Source: Candidatus Methylomirabilota bacterium
GTDB lineage: Bacteria; Methylomirabilota; Methylomirabilia; Rokubacteriales; DASRDR01
Direction of reading: 5' to 3'
NCBI GenBank assembly: GCA_036005065.1
Contig: DASYQW010000033.1
Location: 21,989-85,988, forward strand
DNA: 64,000 nt
The notes beneath the pieces were generated by a model. The model searched no databases, was not told the DNA's origin, and saw nothing but the letters and a program-made list of their open reading frames with translations. Of the stretch, positions 1 to 7,871 are shown in pieces; position 1 is the stretch's first letter; each line of letters opens with the position of its first letter. Position numbers and translations under genes: made by a program.

Positions 1-685
1 GCTCGATGCGGAAGACCCCGTCGACGCGGCCGGGACGGGGGGACATCACCACCACCCGATCCGACAGCAGCACGGCCTCCACGATCGAGTGGGTGATGAA
101 AAGCACCGTCTTCCGCGTCTCGAGCCACAGCCGCTCGATGTCCAGACGCATCTGCTCCCGCGTGAGGGCGTCGAGGGCGCCGAACGGCTCGTCCATCAGG
201 AGGAGCGGTGGGTCGTGGATCAGCGCCCGGCAGATCGCCGTGCGCTGGCGCATCCCGCCGGAGAGCTCGAAGGGATACTTGTCCTCGAACCCGGCGAGTC
301 CGACGGAGTGGAGGAGGGCCCGGGCCTTCGGCCGATAGGTCGCCACGTCGAGGCTGCGGCTCTCGACCTGCAGGAGCACGTTGCGGATCACGGTCCGCCA
401 GTCGAGGAGCACCGGGTTCTGGAACACGATGCCGATGTCGGTCTGCGGCCGCGTCACCGGCCGGCCGGCGAGCCGGACCTCGCCGGTCGACGCCGGGAGG
501 AGCCCGGCGATGATGAGCAGCAGCGTGCTCTTACCGCAGCCGCTCGGCCCCAGGATCGAGACGAACTCGCCCGCCGCGACGTCGAGCGTCACGGCTTCCA
601 GCGCCGCCACGAGGCCGTCCAGCGCGGCGTATGTCTTGGTGACGCCGGCGAGCTGGATCAGCGGCTCGGCCATCTCCTCGCTCAT
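1..685 (-). CDS. ABC transporter ATP-binding protein (NitT/TauT family, SsuB/TauB-like), 3'-partial; C-terminus lies beyond window start
   Basis: Reverse-strand translation starts MSEEMAEPLIQLAGVTKTY... and contains Walker A GPSGCGKST, an LSGGMRQR signature and a Walker B LLLMDEPF. The ATG sits immediately after a G-rich hairpin/RBS. It is the last gene of the permease-SBP-ATPase operon. Confidence 0.85.
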   Translation of the reverse strand, partial: MSEEMAEPLIQLAGVTKTYAALDGLVAALEAVTLDVAAGEFVSILGPSGCGKSTLLLIIAGLLPASTGEVRLAGRPVTRPQTDIGIVFQNPVLLDWRTVIRNVLLQVESRSLDVATYRPKARALLHSVGLAGFEDKYPFELSGGMRQRTAICRALIHDPPLLLMDEPFGALDALTREQMRLDIERLWLETRKTVLFITHSIVEAVLLSDRVVVMSPRPGRVDGVFRIE

Positions 686-762
686 GGGAGGGGGCCTCCA
701 CGGCCCCCTCCCAGGCCCACCCCCAGGAGGGGTGGCGGCGGCGGAGCCGCCGCTCGGAGCGG
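686..762 (+). repeat. Copy 3 of a structured intergenic repeat family (11-bp perfect hairpin gggagggggcc/ggccccctccc, then ...ggcggcggcggagccgccgctcggagcgg)
   Basis: Same architecture and shared 3' module (gccgccgctcggagcgg) as the copies at 30907 and 34751. It lies between the SBP stop and the ATPase start on the opposite-strand operon. Confidence 0.6.
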
Positions 763-816
763 ACCACCAGTTCCTTGCGGTTGGGCTTCGCGCTGCGTGC
801 GGTTACTCCGACCGGA

Positions 817-1809
817 TCACGGCAGGAACTCGTTCGTGTAGAAGGCCGTGGGCGGCAGGGTCGTCTCGAGCCCGCGGTACTGCTTGAGGATGTCGAGCGT
901 CGCCTGCCAGTCCTCGGGCGGCCCGTAGCCGAGCCGCTTCTGGGGGTTCGCCTTGCTGAAGAGGAGGGAGAGGTCGACGGCGAGCTGGCGGCGCACGATC
1001 TCGGCGTCGGCCAGCGGCGCCAGCTTCATGAGCGCCGCCACCGCCGCCTCCGGCTCCCGCATCGCGTCCTCGAACCCCTTGATGCTGGCTGCCACCACCT
1101 TGCGGACCAGGTCGGGACGTTCCTTGATCGTGTCCTGGTGGGCCAGGATCACGAAGCCGACCGAGGGCACGCCCAGGTCGCTGAACTTGAGGACGCGCGT
1201 CTTGAAGCCCTTCACCTCCATGGCGATCGCCTGGTCATCGGCGCCGCCTAGCAGGGCATCGGCGCGCTTCTCGGTCACCGACGGGATCTTCGCCTTGGGG
1301 TCCATGTGGATCAGCTTGATCGAGTCGGCGTTGAGCTTGTTGGCGGCGACCACCGCCGGCCACGTCTGGGTGAGGCCGTCGCCCGGCGTGATGGCGAGCG
1401 TCTTGCCTTCCAGGTCCTTGGCGCTGCGGATGTTCCTCTCGTCCAGCGAGACCACCGCATAGGGCAGGACGTTCAGGACGGTGGCCACCGCCTTGACCGG
1501 CACGCCCTTGGCCGCGTTCAGCGTGAGGGTCACGCCGTCCGCCCACCCGAAGGTATCCGACTTGTTCCCGATGAGCTGGACCGTCGTCGCCGAGCCACGG
1601 CCCTCGCCGATCTCCACGTTCACCCCGGCCTTCTCGAAGTAGCCGCGCTCCTTGGCCAGGGCGAACGGCGCGTGAATCCCGCCCCAGTACCAGTTCATCC
1701 GGAACGTCACCTTGTCCTGGGCGGTGGCGCGGCCGGCCTGCAGCACGGCCGCCCCGACGATGGCGATCGCCAGGAGGCCCAGCGCGGTCCAGAGACTGCG
1801 TCTCGTCAT
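817..1809 (-). CDS. ABC transporter substrate-binding protein, NMT1/THI5-like (SsuA/TauA family) with signal peptide
   Basis: 330-aa product MTRRSLWTALGLLAIAIVGAAVLQAGRATAQDKVTF... The N-terminal signal peptide and the NitT/TauT-type SBP fold are recognisable. The start was placed at an internal ATG of the long 817..3369 ORF. Confidence 0.85.
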   Translation of the reverse strand: MTRRSLWTALGLLAIAIVGAAVLQAGRATAQDKVTFRMNWYWGGIHAPFALAKERGYFEKAGVNVEIGEGRGSATTVQLIGNKSDTFGWADGVTLTLNAAKGVPVKAVATVLNVLPYAVVSLDERNIRSAKDLEGKTLAITPGDGLTQTWPAVVAANKLNADSIKLIHMDPKAKIPSVTEKRADALLGGADDQAIAMEVKGFKTRVLKFSDLGVPSVGFVILAHQDTIKERPDLVRKVVAASIKGFEDAMREPEAAVAALMKLAPLADAEIVRRQLAVDLSLLFSKANPQKRLGYGPPEDWQATLDILKQYRGLETTLPPTAFYTNEFLP

Positions 1810-1829
1810 GGCTTCCTCCTTGATGCGTG

Positions 1830-2633
1830 TCACAGGCCGCCTTCGGCGCCGAGGGGCCCGCGGCGCGAGATGTGCCAGGGAATGGCGATCCGCTCGAGGA
1901 GCGCCATCAGATAGTACAGGACCAGGCCGATGCCTGTCAGCACGACGAGCGTGGCGAAGAGGAGGTCCGTCCGGAGGTCGCCCCCCGCCACCAGCAAGAG
2001 GTAGCCGAGCCCGCGGTCCGACCCCACGAACTCGCCGATGATGGCGCCCACGGTGGCCAGCGTGATGGCGACCTTGAGGCCGGCGAAGATGTTGGGCAGA
2101 GCGTGCGGCAGGCGGACCTTCACGAACGCCCGCCAGGGCGACAGGCCCATCGAGCGCGTGAGGTAGACGATCTCCTGGTCCAGGGAGCGGAAGCCCACCA
2201 CGGCGTCGATCACGATGGGGAAGAACGAGAGCAGGAACGTCATGAAGACCTTGGGAAAGAGGCCGAAGCCGAACCAGATGATGAAGAGCGGGGCCAGGGC
2301 GATCTTGGGGATGAGCTGGGTGAAGACCAGGACCGGCATCACGCTCCGCTCGACGGCCCGGGAGAAGGCGACGGCCAGCCCGCAGGGGACGCTCACGGCC
2401 ACGCCCAGCAGGAAGCCCAGGATGATCTCCTGCAGTGTGACGAGGGCGTGCCGGCCGAGGAGGGGGGCGCGCGCGATCAGCTCGCGGGCGGTGTCGAGGG
2501 GGGTGGGCAAGAGGTAGCGCGGCACCTCGAGGCCGAGGAGCTGCCAGGCCACCAGGATGGCCGCGAAGGCCAGCGCGGTCTGGAGGTGAGCCTTGAAGCG
2601 CGCGGCCGCGCGGCGCGGGGCGCTCTCGGTCAT
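1830..2633 (-). CDS. ABC transporter permease (SsuC/TauC-like, BPD_transp_1)
   Basis: 267-aa multi-TM protein with a typical NitT/TauT permease EAA-like loop region. It sits 20 nt upstream of the SBP gene. Confidence 0.85.
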   Translation of the reverse strand: MTESAPRRAAARFKAHLQTALAFAAILVAWQLLGLEVPRYLLPTPLDTARELIARAPLLGRHALVTLQEIILGFLLGVAVSVPCGLAVAFSRAVERSVMPVLVFTQLIPKIALAPLFIIWFGFGLFPKVFMTFLLSFFPIVIDAVVGFRSLDQEIVYLTRSMGLSPWRAFVKVRLPHALPNIFAGLKVAITLATVGAIIGEFVGSDRGLGYLLLVAGGDLRTDLLFATLVVLTGIGLVLYYLMALLERIAIPWHISRRGPLGAEGGL

Positions 2634-2663
2634 CGCCCCACCCTCGGGCGCCGCATGCGGAGC

Positions 2664-3584
2664 CTACGCGGGGAGTAAGCCGGCCAGGACCAGCAATTCC
2701 CGGATGGTGCGGCGCTCGGCGTCCGCCAGCGGGAGCATGGGCGGCCGGACCGCGGCCGAGCGGAGGACTCCCAGCATCACGAGAGCCTCTTTCATCCGGG
2801 GCCGGTAGTCGCGAAGCGGCGGCCCCCACATCATCCGGGCCAGCGGCCCCAGCCGGTCCCAGATCCCGAAGGCGGTGGCGTAGTCGTGCTGCTGGACGGC
2901 CTCGAACATCTTCACCTGCAGGTCGAGCGCGATACCGCCGAATCCGATGAGCGCGCCGTGCGCCCCGAGGACGTACGCCTCGCAGAGGAACGTATCGCTC
3001 CCGGTGAGGACGGCCAGCGGCTTCGGCGCGCCGCGGAGCGCGCTCAGCGTGTCCACCAGTCGGGGCGCGTCGAAGGTGGACTCCTTCATGGCCGCCACCT
3101 GCGGGATCTCGGCCAGGCGGCGGAGCGTCTCGTTCGAGTAGGAGGGACCGATCCCGCGCGCGAACTGGAAGAGCACGAGGGGGAGCCCGGTCGCCTCGCC
3201 GATCGCGCGATGGTACTCGTAGGGCATCTGCCACGGGAGGGGCTCGCCCATGAAGGCCGGCACCGGGGGAAAGACCACCAGCCCGTCGGCGCCGGCCTTG
3301 CCCAGCGCCTGGCCCTGCGCCACCGCCTCCCGCGTCGAGCCGGCAATGAGGCCGCTCCACAGGGGACACGCCCCGCCGACCGCCTCCCGGGCGACCTCGA
3401 CGACCCGGAGGCGCTCCTCGACGGTGAGCGCGGGGCCTTCGCCGGCGTCCATGTTCAGGGCGAGGGCGGTCGGGCGTTGGGGGAGGAGCCAGCGGAGGTA
3501 GTCGCGAAGCCCCGCCCAGTCGACCTCGAAGTCGTCGGTCAGGGGCAGCACCGGCGCCGGCACGATGCCCCGGATCAGCTCCAT
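2664..3584 (-). CDS. Dihydrodipicolinate synthase/N-acetylneuraminate lyase family protein (DapA-like class I aldolase)
   Basis: 306-aa product MELIRGIVPAPVLPLTDDFEVDWAGLRDYLRWLL... with a GGGAGGG RBS. The start overlaps the upstream MoaD-like ORF by 10 nt. Confidence 0.8.
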   Translation of the reverse strand: MELIRGIVPAPVLPLTDDFEVDWAGLRDYLRWLLPQRPTALALNMDAGEGPALTVEERLRVVEVAREAVGGACPLWSGLIAGSTREAVAQGQALGKAGADGLVVFPPVPAFMGEPLPWQMPYEYHRAIGEATGLPLVLFQFARGIGPSYSNETLRRLAEIPQVAAMKESTFDAPRLVDTLSALRGAPKPLAVLTGSDTFLCEAYVLGAHGALIGFGGIALDLQVKMFEAVQQHDYATAFGIWDRLGPLARMMWGPPLRDYRPRMKEALVMLGVLRSAAVRPPMLPLADAERRTIRELLVLAGLLPA

Positions 3585-3940
3585 GGGCCCTCCCGGGAGG
3601 CGCCGGGCCAAGACCCGCCGCCCATGTACTGGCCGAGGAGCGTGATCCGGTCCCCGTCGAGGAGCTCCGAGTCGAGGTCGTGGGACACGCCGAGGACCGC
3701 GTTGTTGACCATGACCTCGATGTTGTCGCCGATCTCGCGGCGGCTGCCGGGATCCCACAGCGCGCCGCCGAGATCGGGATGCCGGTCGGTGACCTGGCGC
3801 AGCACGCCGCGCACGGTGGTGCCAGGTTTGACTTCCTCGGTCAGGGTCACCTCGCCCGTCCCCGGGCCGCCGACGAAGCGGTTCACCCAGGAGAGCACCT
3901 CGACGCGAACCCGGATGGGCTCGCCGGGCTTCCAGCTCAC
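3575..3940 (-). CDS. MoaD/ThiS-like sulfur-carrier (ubiquitin beta-grasp) protein with a 13-aa extension after the GG motif
   Basis: 121-aa product MSWKPGEPIRVRVEVLSWVNRFVGG...ITLLGQYMGGGSWPGASREGPWS. The GTG start overlaps the AOR TGA stop (GTGA). Only the last 121 codons of the 3575..5746 ORF are used. Confidence 0.6.
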   Translation of the reverse strand: MSWKPGEPIRVRVEVLSWVNRFVGGPGTGEVTLTEEVKPGTTVRGVLRQVTDRHPDLGGALWDPGSRREIGDNIEVMVNNAVLGVSHDLDSELLDGDRITLLGQYMGGGSWPGASREGPWS

Positions 3941-5853
3941 TTGGTTCCCCACACGGCGGGGATCATCCACTCCAGGCCGAGGGCCCGCAGCGTCTCCGGC
4001 TTGGGGCGCCCCGTCGGCCGGTCGTACCCCATCCCCTCGTACCAGACGTCCAGCATGTGCTCCCAGTGCTTCTCGACCGTCTGCCCTTTGGCCGGGCCGT
4101 CGACCGGCACCGACCCGTAGCGCTTGGAGGGGAACTCCTTGTCGGGGCCGATCCCGCAGCGCAGGTTGAAGGCGCGGAACATGGCGCCGATCCGGCGGCC
4201 GAATCGGACGGCGTCGTCCCGGGTGACCTCCCACCCGGTGGCCGCCGACAGCGCCCGGCAGAGGTTCTCGAAGGTGGTCCGCGTCGTGAAGATGCACGCC
4301 CCCAGCGAGTCCTCGAAGTGCCGCCGCCCGTTGAGTCCGGCGGTCTGCCGGGCGACCTGCTCGGGGTCGAAGGGATTGATCCGCGCCGGCAGGCCCAGCT
4401 CGGTGGGGAAGACCGGCGGCCCCGTCTCCAGCGTGCCGGTCGACCCGGTGCAGGTGTCGAGCAGCTCGTCCCAGCGCGCCCGGTGGTCGTGGCCGCGCGG
4501 CGAGGCGTTCTTCCCGGTATAGATCGCGCACTCGGCGGCCGGGCCGCCCAGGCGCTCGGCGGCGATCTTCGTTCCCTCGGCCAGGAGATCGCCGAGCCCC
4601 TGGCGGCGGCTCAGGAGGTCGAGAAGGCGATTGGCTCCCTCGGCATCCCCCCAGGTGAGGGGGAAGCCGAGCTGCGCCTCGGTGATGTAGCCCTTTTCCA
4701 TGCACTCCATCACCCAGCCGCAGAGCCACCCGAACTCGTTGACGTCGACGCAGGCGCGGTCGATCCGGGTGTTGAGCCAGGAGACGGCGACGGGGTCGGT
4801 GAGGCCGATCGTCCACCCTGCGCCCGACCAGCCCTCGTACTCCGGCTCGTCCACGATCTGCCCGGCGTACTTCCCCCTCGGCAGCACCTGCATGTGGCAG
4901 TGGTGCATGCCGCAGGCGCTGCACTGGTGTCCGCGGTGATCGAAGCCCTGGCGGAGGGCCGGCGCCTCCCACGTCTTCATGTCGACATCCGACGGGGCCA
5001 CGCTGGTCGTGTAGTTCTTGATCGGCAGCGCCCCGATGCCATGGAGGTTCACCACCCCCGGCAGCGTTCCGTACTCGTAGAGCGTCCGGGCCGCCGGATT
5101 CGTCTTGAGGTCGTGGGCGATCTCGTCGGCGGCCGCGATGACCCCGCGCGGATCGGCGGCCCGGAGGGCGTGGGTGCCGCGGACGATGGCCACGGCCTTG
5201 AGGCGCTTCTGTCCCATCACCGCGCCGCAGCCGTTCTTGGAGGCGACGTGGCCGTAGTCGCCCTGGATCGCCGCGAAGCGGACGAGATTCTCCCCCGCCG
5301 GGCCGATCGAGTAGACACTCAGCATGTGCCCGGCGAGCCCGATCTCCGCGCTCAGGGCGTCCTGGGTCTCCCAGGTGTCCTTGCCGAGGAGATGCGCGGC
5401 GTCCCGCACCTCGACCTGGTCGTCGTGGATCAGGAGGTAGACCCACCGCGGGGCCTGCCCCTGCAGGACGATCGCGTCGTACCCCGAGAACTTCAGGTTC
5501 GCCCCGAAGAAGCCGTTGGCCTGGGTGGACGTCGCGCCGTTCGTCATGGCGCCCCGGGTGATGACCGTCAGACCGCCGGTGCCCCAGACCGGGAGGCCCG
5601 CGAAGGGGCCGGTCGCGAGGACGAGGCGGTTCTCCGGGTGGTCCCATCCGACCTCGGGCGGCACTTCCTCCCAGAGGATCTTGGCGCCGAGGCCGGCGCC
5701 GCCGAGATAGTCGTGCATCTCCTGAGGCGTCCAGGGCTGGCTCCACGCCCGTCCCGCGCCGAGGTCGACCCGGAGGAGCCGGCCCGCATAGCCCCCGGGG
5801 AGCCCGGCTTTCGCCGCGGTCGTTTCCTTCGAGCCGGTCGCTGCCTGCGCCAT
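3937..5853 (-). CDS. Aldehyde:ferredoxin oxidoreductase family protein (tungsten/molybdopterin AOR, AorB-like)
   Basis: 638-aa product with the AOR N-terminal signature ...GGYAGRLLRVDLGAGRAWSQPWTPQEMHDYLGGAGLGAKILWEE. A GAGGAG RBS precedes the start. Confidence 0.9.
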   Translation of the reverse strand: MAQAATGSKETTAAKAGLPGGYAGRLLRVDLGAGRAWSQPWTPQEMHDYLGGAGLGAKILWEEVPPEVGWDHPENRLVLATGPFAGLPVWGTGGLTVITRGAMTNGATSTQANGFFGANLKFSGYDAIVLQGQAPRWVYLLIHDDQVEVRDAAHLLGKDTWETQDALSAEIGLAGHMLSVYSIGPAGENLVRFAAIQGDYGHVASKNGCGAVMGQKRLKAVAIVRGTHALRAADPRGVIAAADEIAHDLKTNPAARTLYEYGTLPGVVNLHGIGALPIKNYTTSVAPSDVDMKTWEAPALRQGFDHRGHQCSACGMHHCHMQVLPRGKYAGQIVDEPEYEGWSGAGWTIGLTDPVAVSWLNTRIDRACVDVNEFGWLCGWVMECMEKGYITEAQLGFPLTWGDAEGANRLLDLLSRRQGLGDLLAEGTKIAAERLGGPAAECAIYTGKNASPRGHDHRARWDELLDTCTGSTGTLETGPPVFPTELGLPARINPFDPEQVARQTAGLNGRRHFEDSLGACIFTTRTTFENLCRALSAATGWEVTRDDAVRFGRRIGAMFRAFNLRCGIGPDKEFPSKRYGSVPVDGPAKGQTVEKHWEHMLDVWYEGMGYDRPTGRPKPETLRALGLEWMIPAVWGTK

Positions 5854-5878
5854 CGTCGCTCCTCGCTCTCTCGCGCGC

Positions 5879-7216
5879 TCAGGCCCGCGTGGCGGTGGCG
5901 AAGACGGCCGGCGCCGCCGAGGGCCGGCCGAGCACGGTCTCCGGAAGGAGCCGCGCCGTCGTGCGGGACGCGATGAACGCGGGTTTGATGTCGAACGGGT
6001 TCCGCCGGAGATGCTCCTTCCACGGGCCGAGCCCGACTCCTGTCTGGACCAGTCCCTTGAGCATCCCCACGTCGTTGGTCGTCCAGATGTCGTCGGCCCG
6101 GCCCAGGATCATCGCCCCGGTCAGCCGGTCGCCGCGCCACAGGAGCTTCCGGTAGGCCGGGCGCTCCCGGCGCACCGCCGCGAACACCTCGGCCCCCGGG
6201 TCGTCCCAGCGGCCGAAGCTCGCCACGTCGAGCTGGCAGACGTCCACGATGTTCATGAGGAGGCTGCCCCGGTAGGCCAGGTCGCGGCCGGCCATGTTCG
6301 CCCCGACCACCCGGCCGTGCTCCATCGCCGTCGGCTCGATGGCGTGGACGTCCGGCTCGCCGGTCACCAGGTCACGGCCTTCGGCGATATCGCCCGCCGC
6401 GTAGACCTGGGGCACGCTCGAGCGGAGATGATCGTCCACCACCACGCCCCGGTTCACGCGGATTCCCGAGCCCTCCAGCCACTCCAGGTTGGTCCGGATG
6501 CCGGTCGCCATGATGACGACGTCGGCGTCGAGGTCGCCGCCGTCTCTGAAGCGGAGGCGTTGCTGGCCTCCCGCCTGCTCGACCGCGGTGAGGGTCGCGC
6601 TCGTGCGGATCTCGACCCCGTGCTTTCGCAACCACGCGTCGACCAGCTGGGCGCCCTCGCGGTCGATCATGCGCGGGAGGATCTGGGGGGCGATCTCGAC
6701 GATGGTGAGCCGGGCGCCCAGTCCCAGGATCGCGTTCAGGATCGTGAAGGCGATGAAGCCCGCCCCCACCATCACCACGTGGCTGCCCGGCTTGATCTCG
6801 GCCACCACCCGCCGGGCCTGGTCGAGCGTCCAGAAGCTGTGGACGCCCGGGCCGTCCACCCCGGAGACCGGCGGCCGGACGGCCGAGGAGCCGGTCGCGA
6901 TGAGAAGGTCGTCGTACTCGAGGGTCGCCCCGTCGTCCAGCGTGAGCTTGGCCGCCTTCGGATCGAGGCTCGCCGCGCGGCGTCCCAGGTGGGTGGTCAC
7001 CTTCAGCTGGGCGAGCCGGGCCGGCGTGGCGGTGAACACGTGGGACTCGGCGATGGTGCGGCCCAGGTAGTACGGGAGGACCATGCGCGAGTAGGGCCGC
7101 TCGGCGGAGACGAGCACGATCTCGGAGCCGTCGCGCCCCCGCTCCTCCTGGCGGATCGTGATGATGGCGTTGTGCCCGGCCGTGCCCCCGCCGACGATCA
7201 CGTGGCGCTTCGCCAT
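5879..7216 (-). CDS. FAD-dependent pyridine nucleotide-disulfide oxidoreductase (AorC-like NAD(P)H-linked subunit)
   Basis: 445-aa product MAKRHVIVGGGTAGHNAI... with FAD GxGxxG and second NAD-binding motif VVMVGAGFIAFT. The ATG overlaps the ferredoxin TGA stop (ATGA). Confidence 0.85.
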   Translation of the reverse strand: MAKRHVIVGGGTAGHNAIITIRQEERGRDGSEIVLVSAERPYSRMVLPYYLGRTIAESHVFTATPARLAQLKVTTHLGRRAASLDPKAAKLTLDDGATLEYDDLLIATGSSAVRPPVSGVDGPGVHSFWTLDQARRVVAEIKPGSHVVMVGAGFIAFTILNAILGLGARLTIVEIAPQILPRMIDREGAQLVDAWLRKHGVEIRTSATLTAVEQAGGQQRLRFRDGGDLDADVVIMATGIRTNLEWLEGSGIRVNRGVVVDDHLRSSVPQVYAAGDIAEGRDLVTGEPDVHAIEPTAMEHGRVVGANMAGRDLAYRGSLLMNIVDVCQLDVASFGRWDDPGAEVFAAVRRERPAYRKLLWRGDRLTGAMILGRADDIWTTNDVGMLKGLVQTGVGLGPWKEHLRRNPFDIKPAFIASRTTARLLPETVLGRPSAAPAVFATATRA

Positions 7217-7710
7217 CACCGGCCTCCGTTCCCGGCCACCGCGGCCAGCACGCGCTGCCCGCGCTCGGCGGCGAAGTCGGCCAGCCAGTCGGCGGTCTCG
7301 ACCTCCTCGTAGAGGATCGCCTGGGTCGGGCAGGCGCTGGCGCACGCCGGATCGCCGTCGCAGAGGTTGCACTTGAACGCCTTGTGGGTCTCCGGGTTGT
7401 AGAAGATCGTCCCGTAGGGGCAGGCGATCGTGCAGAGCTTGCAGCCGACACACTGGTCGTCCTGGACGATCTTGGCGCCGGCCGGCGAGATCACGATCGC
7501 CCCGACCGGGCAGGCCGTCATGCACCATCCCTCGGCGCACTGGACGCACGTGTAGGGGGCGTAGCTCGTGTGCCCTTCATAGGGTGAGACCCGGATGACC
7601 GACTTGGACGGCTGGAACGCGCCCGTCTGCATGTACGAGCAGGCGTACTCGCAGCGGAGACAGCCGGTGCAGCGTTCCGGCACGATCTTCAGGACCTTCA
7701 TGTGCGCCAT
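7216..7710 (-). CDS. 4x[4Fe-4S] ferredoxin-type protein (AorA-like electron-transfer subunit)
   Basis: 164-aa product with four CxxCxxCxxxCP-type motifs (CTGCLRCEYAC, CVQCAEGWCMTACP, CVGCKLCTIACP, CNLCDGDPACASACP). A GAGGA RBS precedes the start. Confidence 0.9.
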   Translation of the reverse strand: MAHMKVLKIVPERCTGCLRCEYACSYMQTGAFQPSKSVIRVSPYEGHTSYAPYTCVQCAEGWCMTACPVGAIVISPAGAKIVQDDQCVGCKLCTIACPYGTIFYNPETHKAFKCNLCDGDPACASACPTQAILYEEVETADWLADFAAERGQRVLAAVAGNGGR

Positions 7711-7795
7711 GCGTGTCCTCGTGGATTCGGAGGCCGTCGCGGGGCGCCGGGCGGACCCGGCGCGTCAATGGGCTCAGCCGGGTGAAGACAAGCCT

Positions 7796-7824
7796 TTATG
7801 TAACATACTCGTCCGCCCCGTTCA
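7796..7824 (-). promoter_or_regulatory. Candidate sigma70-like promoter for the aor operon (TTGAAC-N17-TACATA on minus strand)
   Basis: Locally AT-richer patch in the 160-nt gap upstream of the ferredoxin gene. The match to consensus was judged by eye only. Confidence 0.3.
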
Positions 7825-7871
7825 ACCCGCGGACACCGCGCGGCCCCGGCCGAGGGATGCCGGCACCCCGA

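Noticed and set aside
89-841. 250-aa + strand ORF (and 6..338, 208..513, 381..887) over the ABC ATPase region
   Set aside because: These are antisense to a clear Walker-A/B ABC ATPase gene. They are Arg/Pro/Gly-rich, low-complexity translations typical of high-GC shadow ORFs.
3575-5746. 723-aa minus-strand ORF
   Set aside because: It is an out-of-frame overlap of the AOR gene. Only its last 121 codons (MoaD-like, after the AOR stop) look real.
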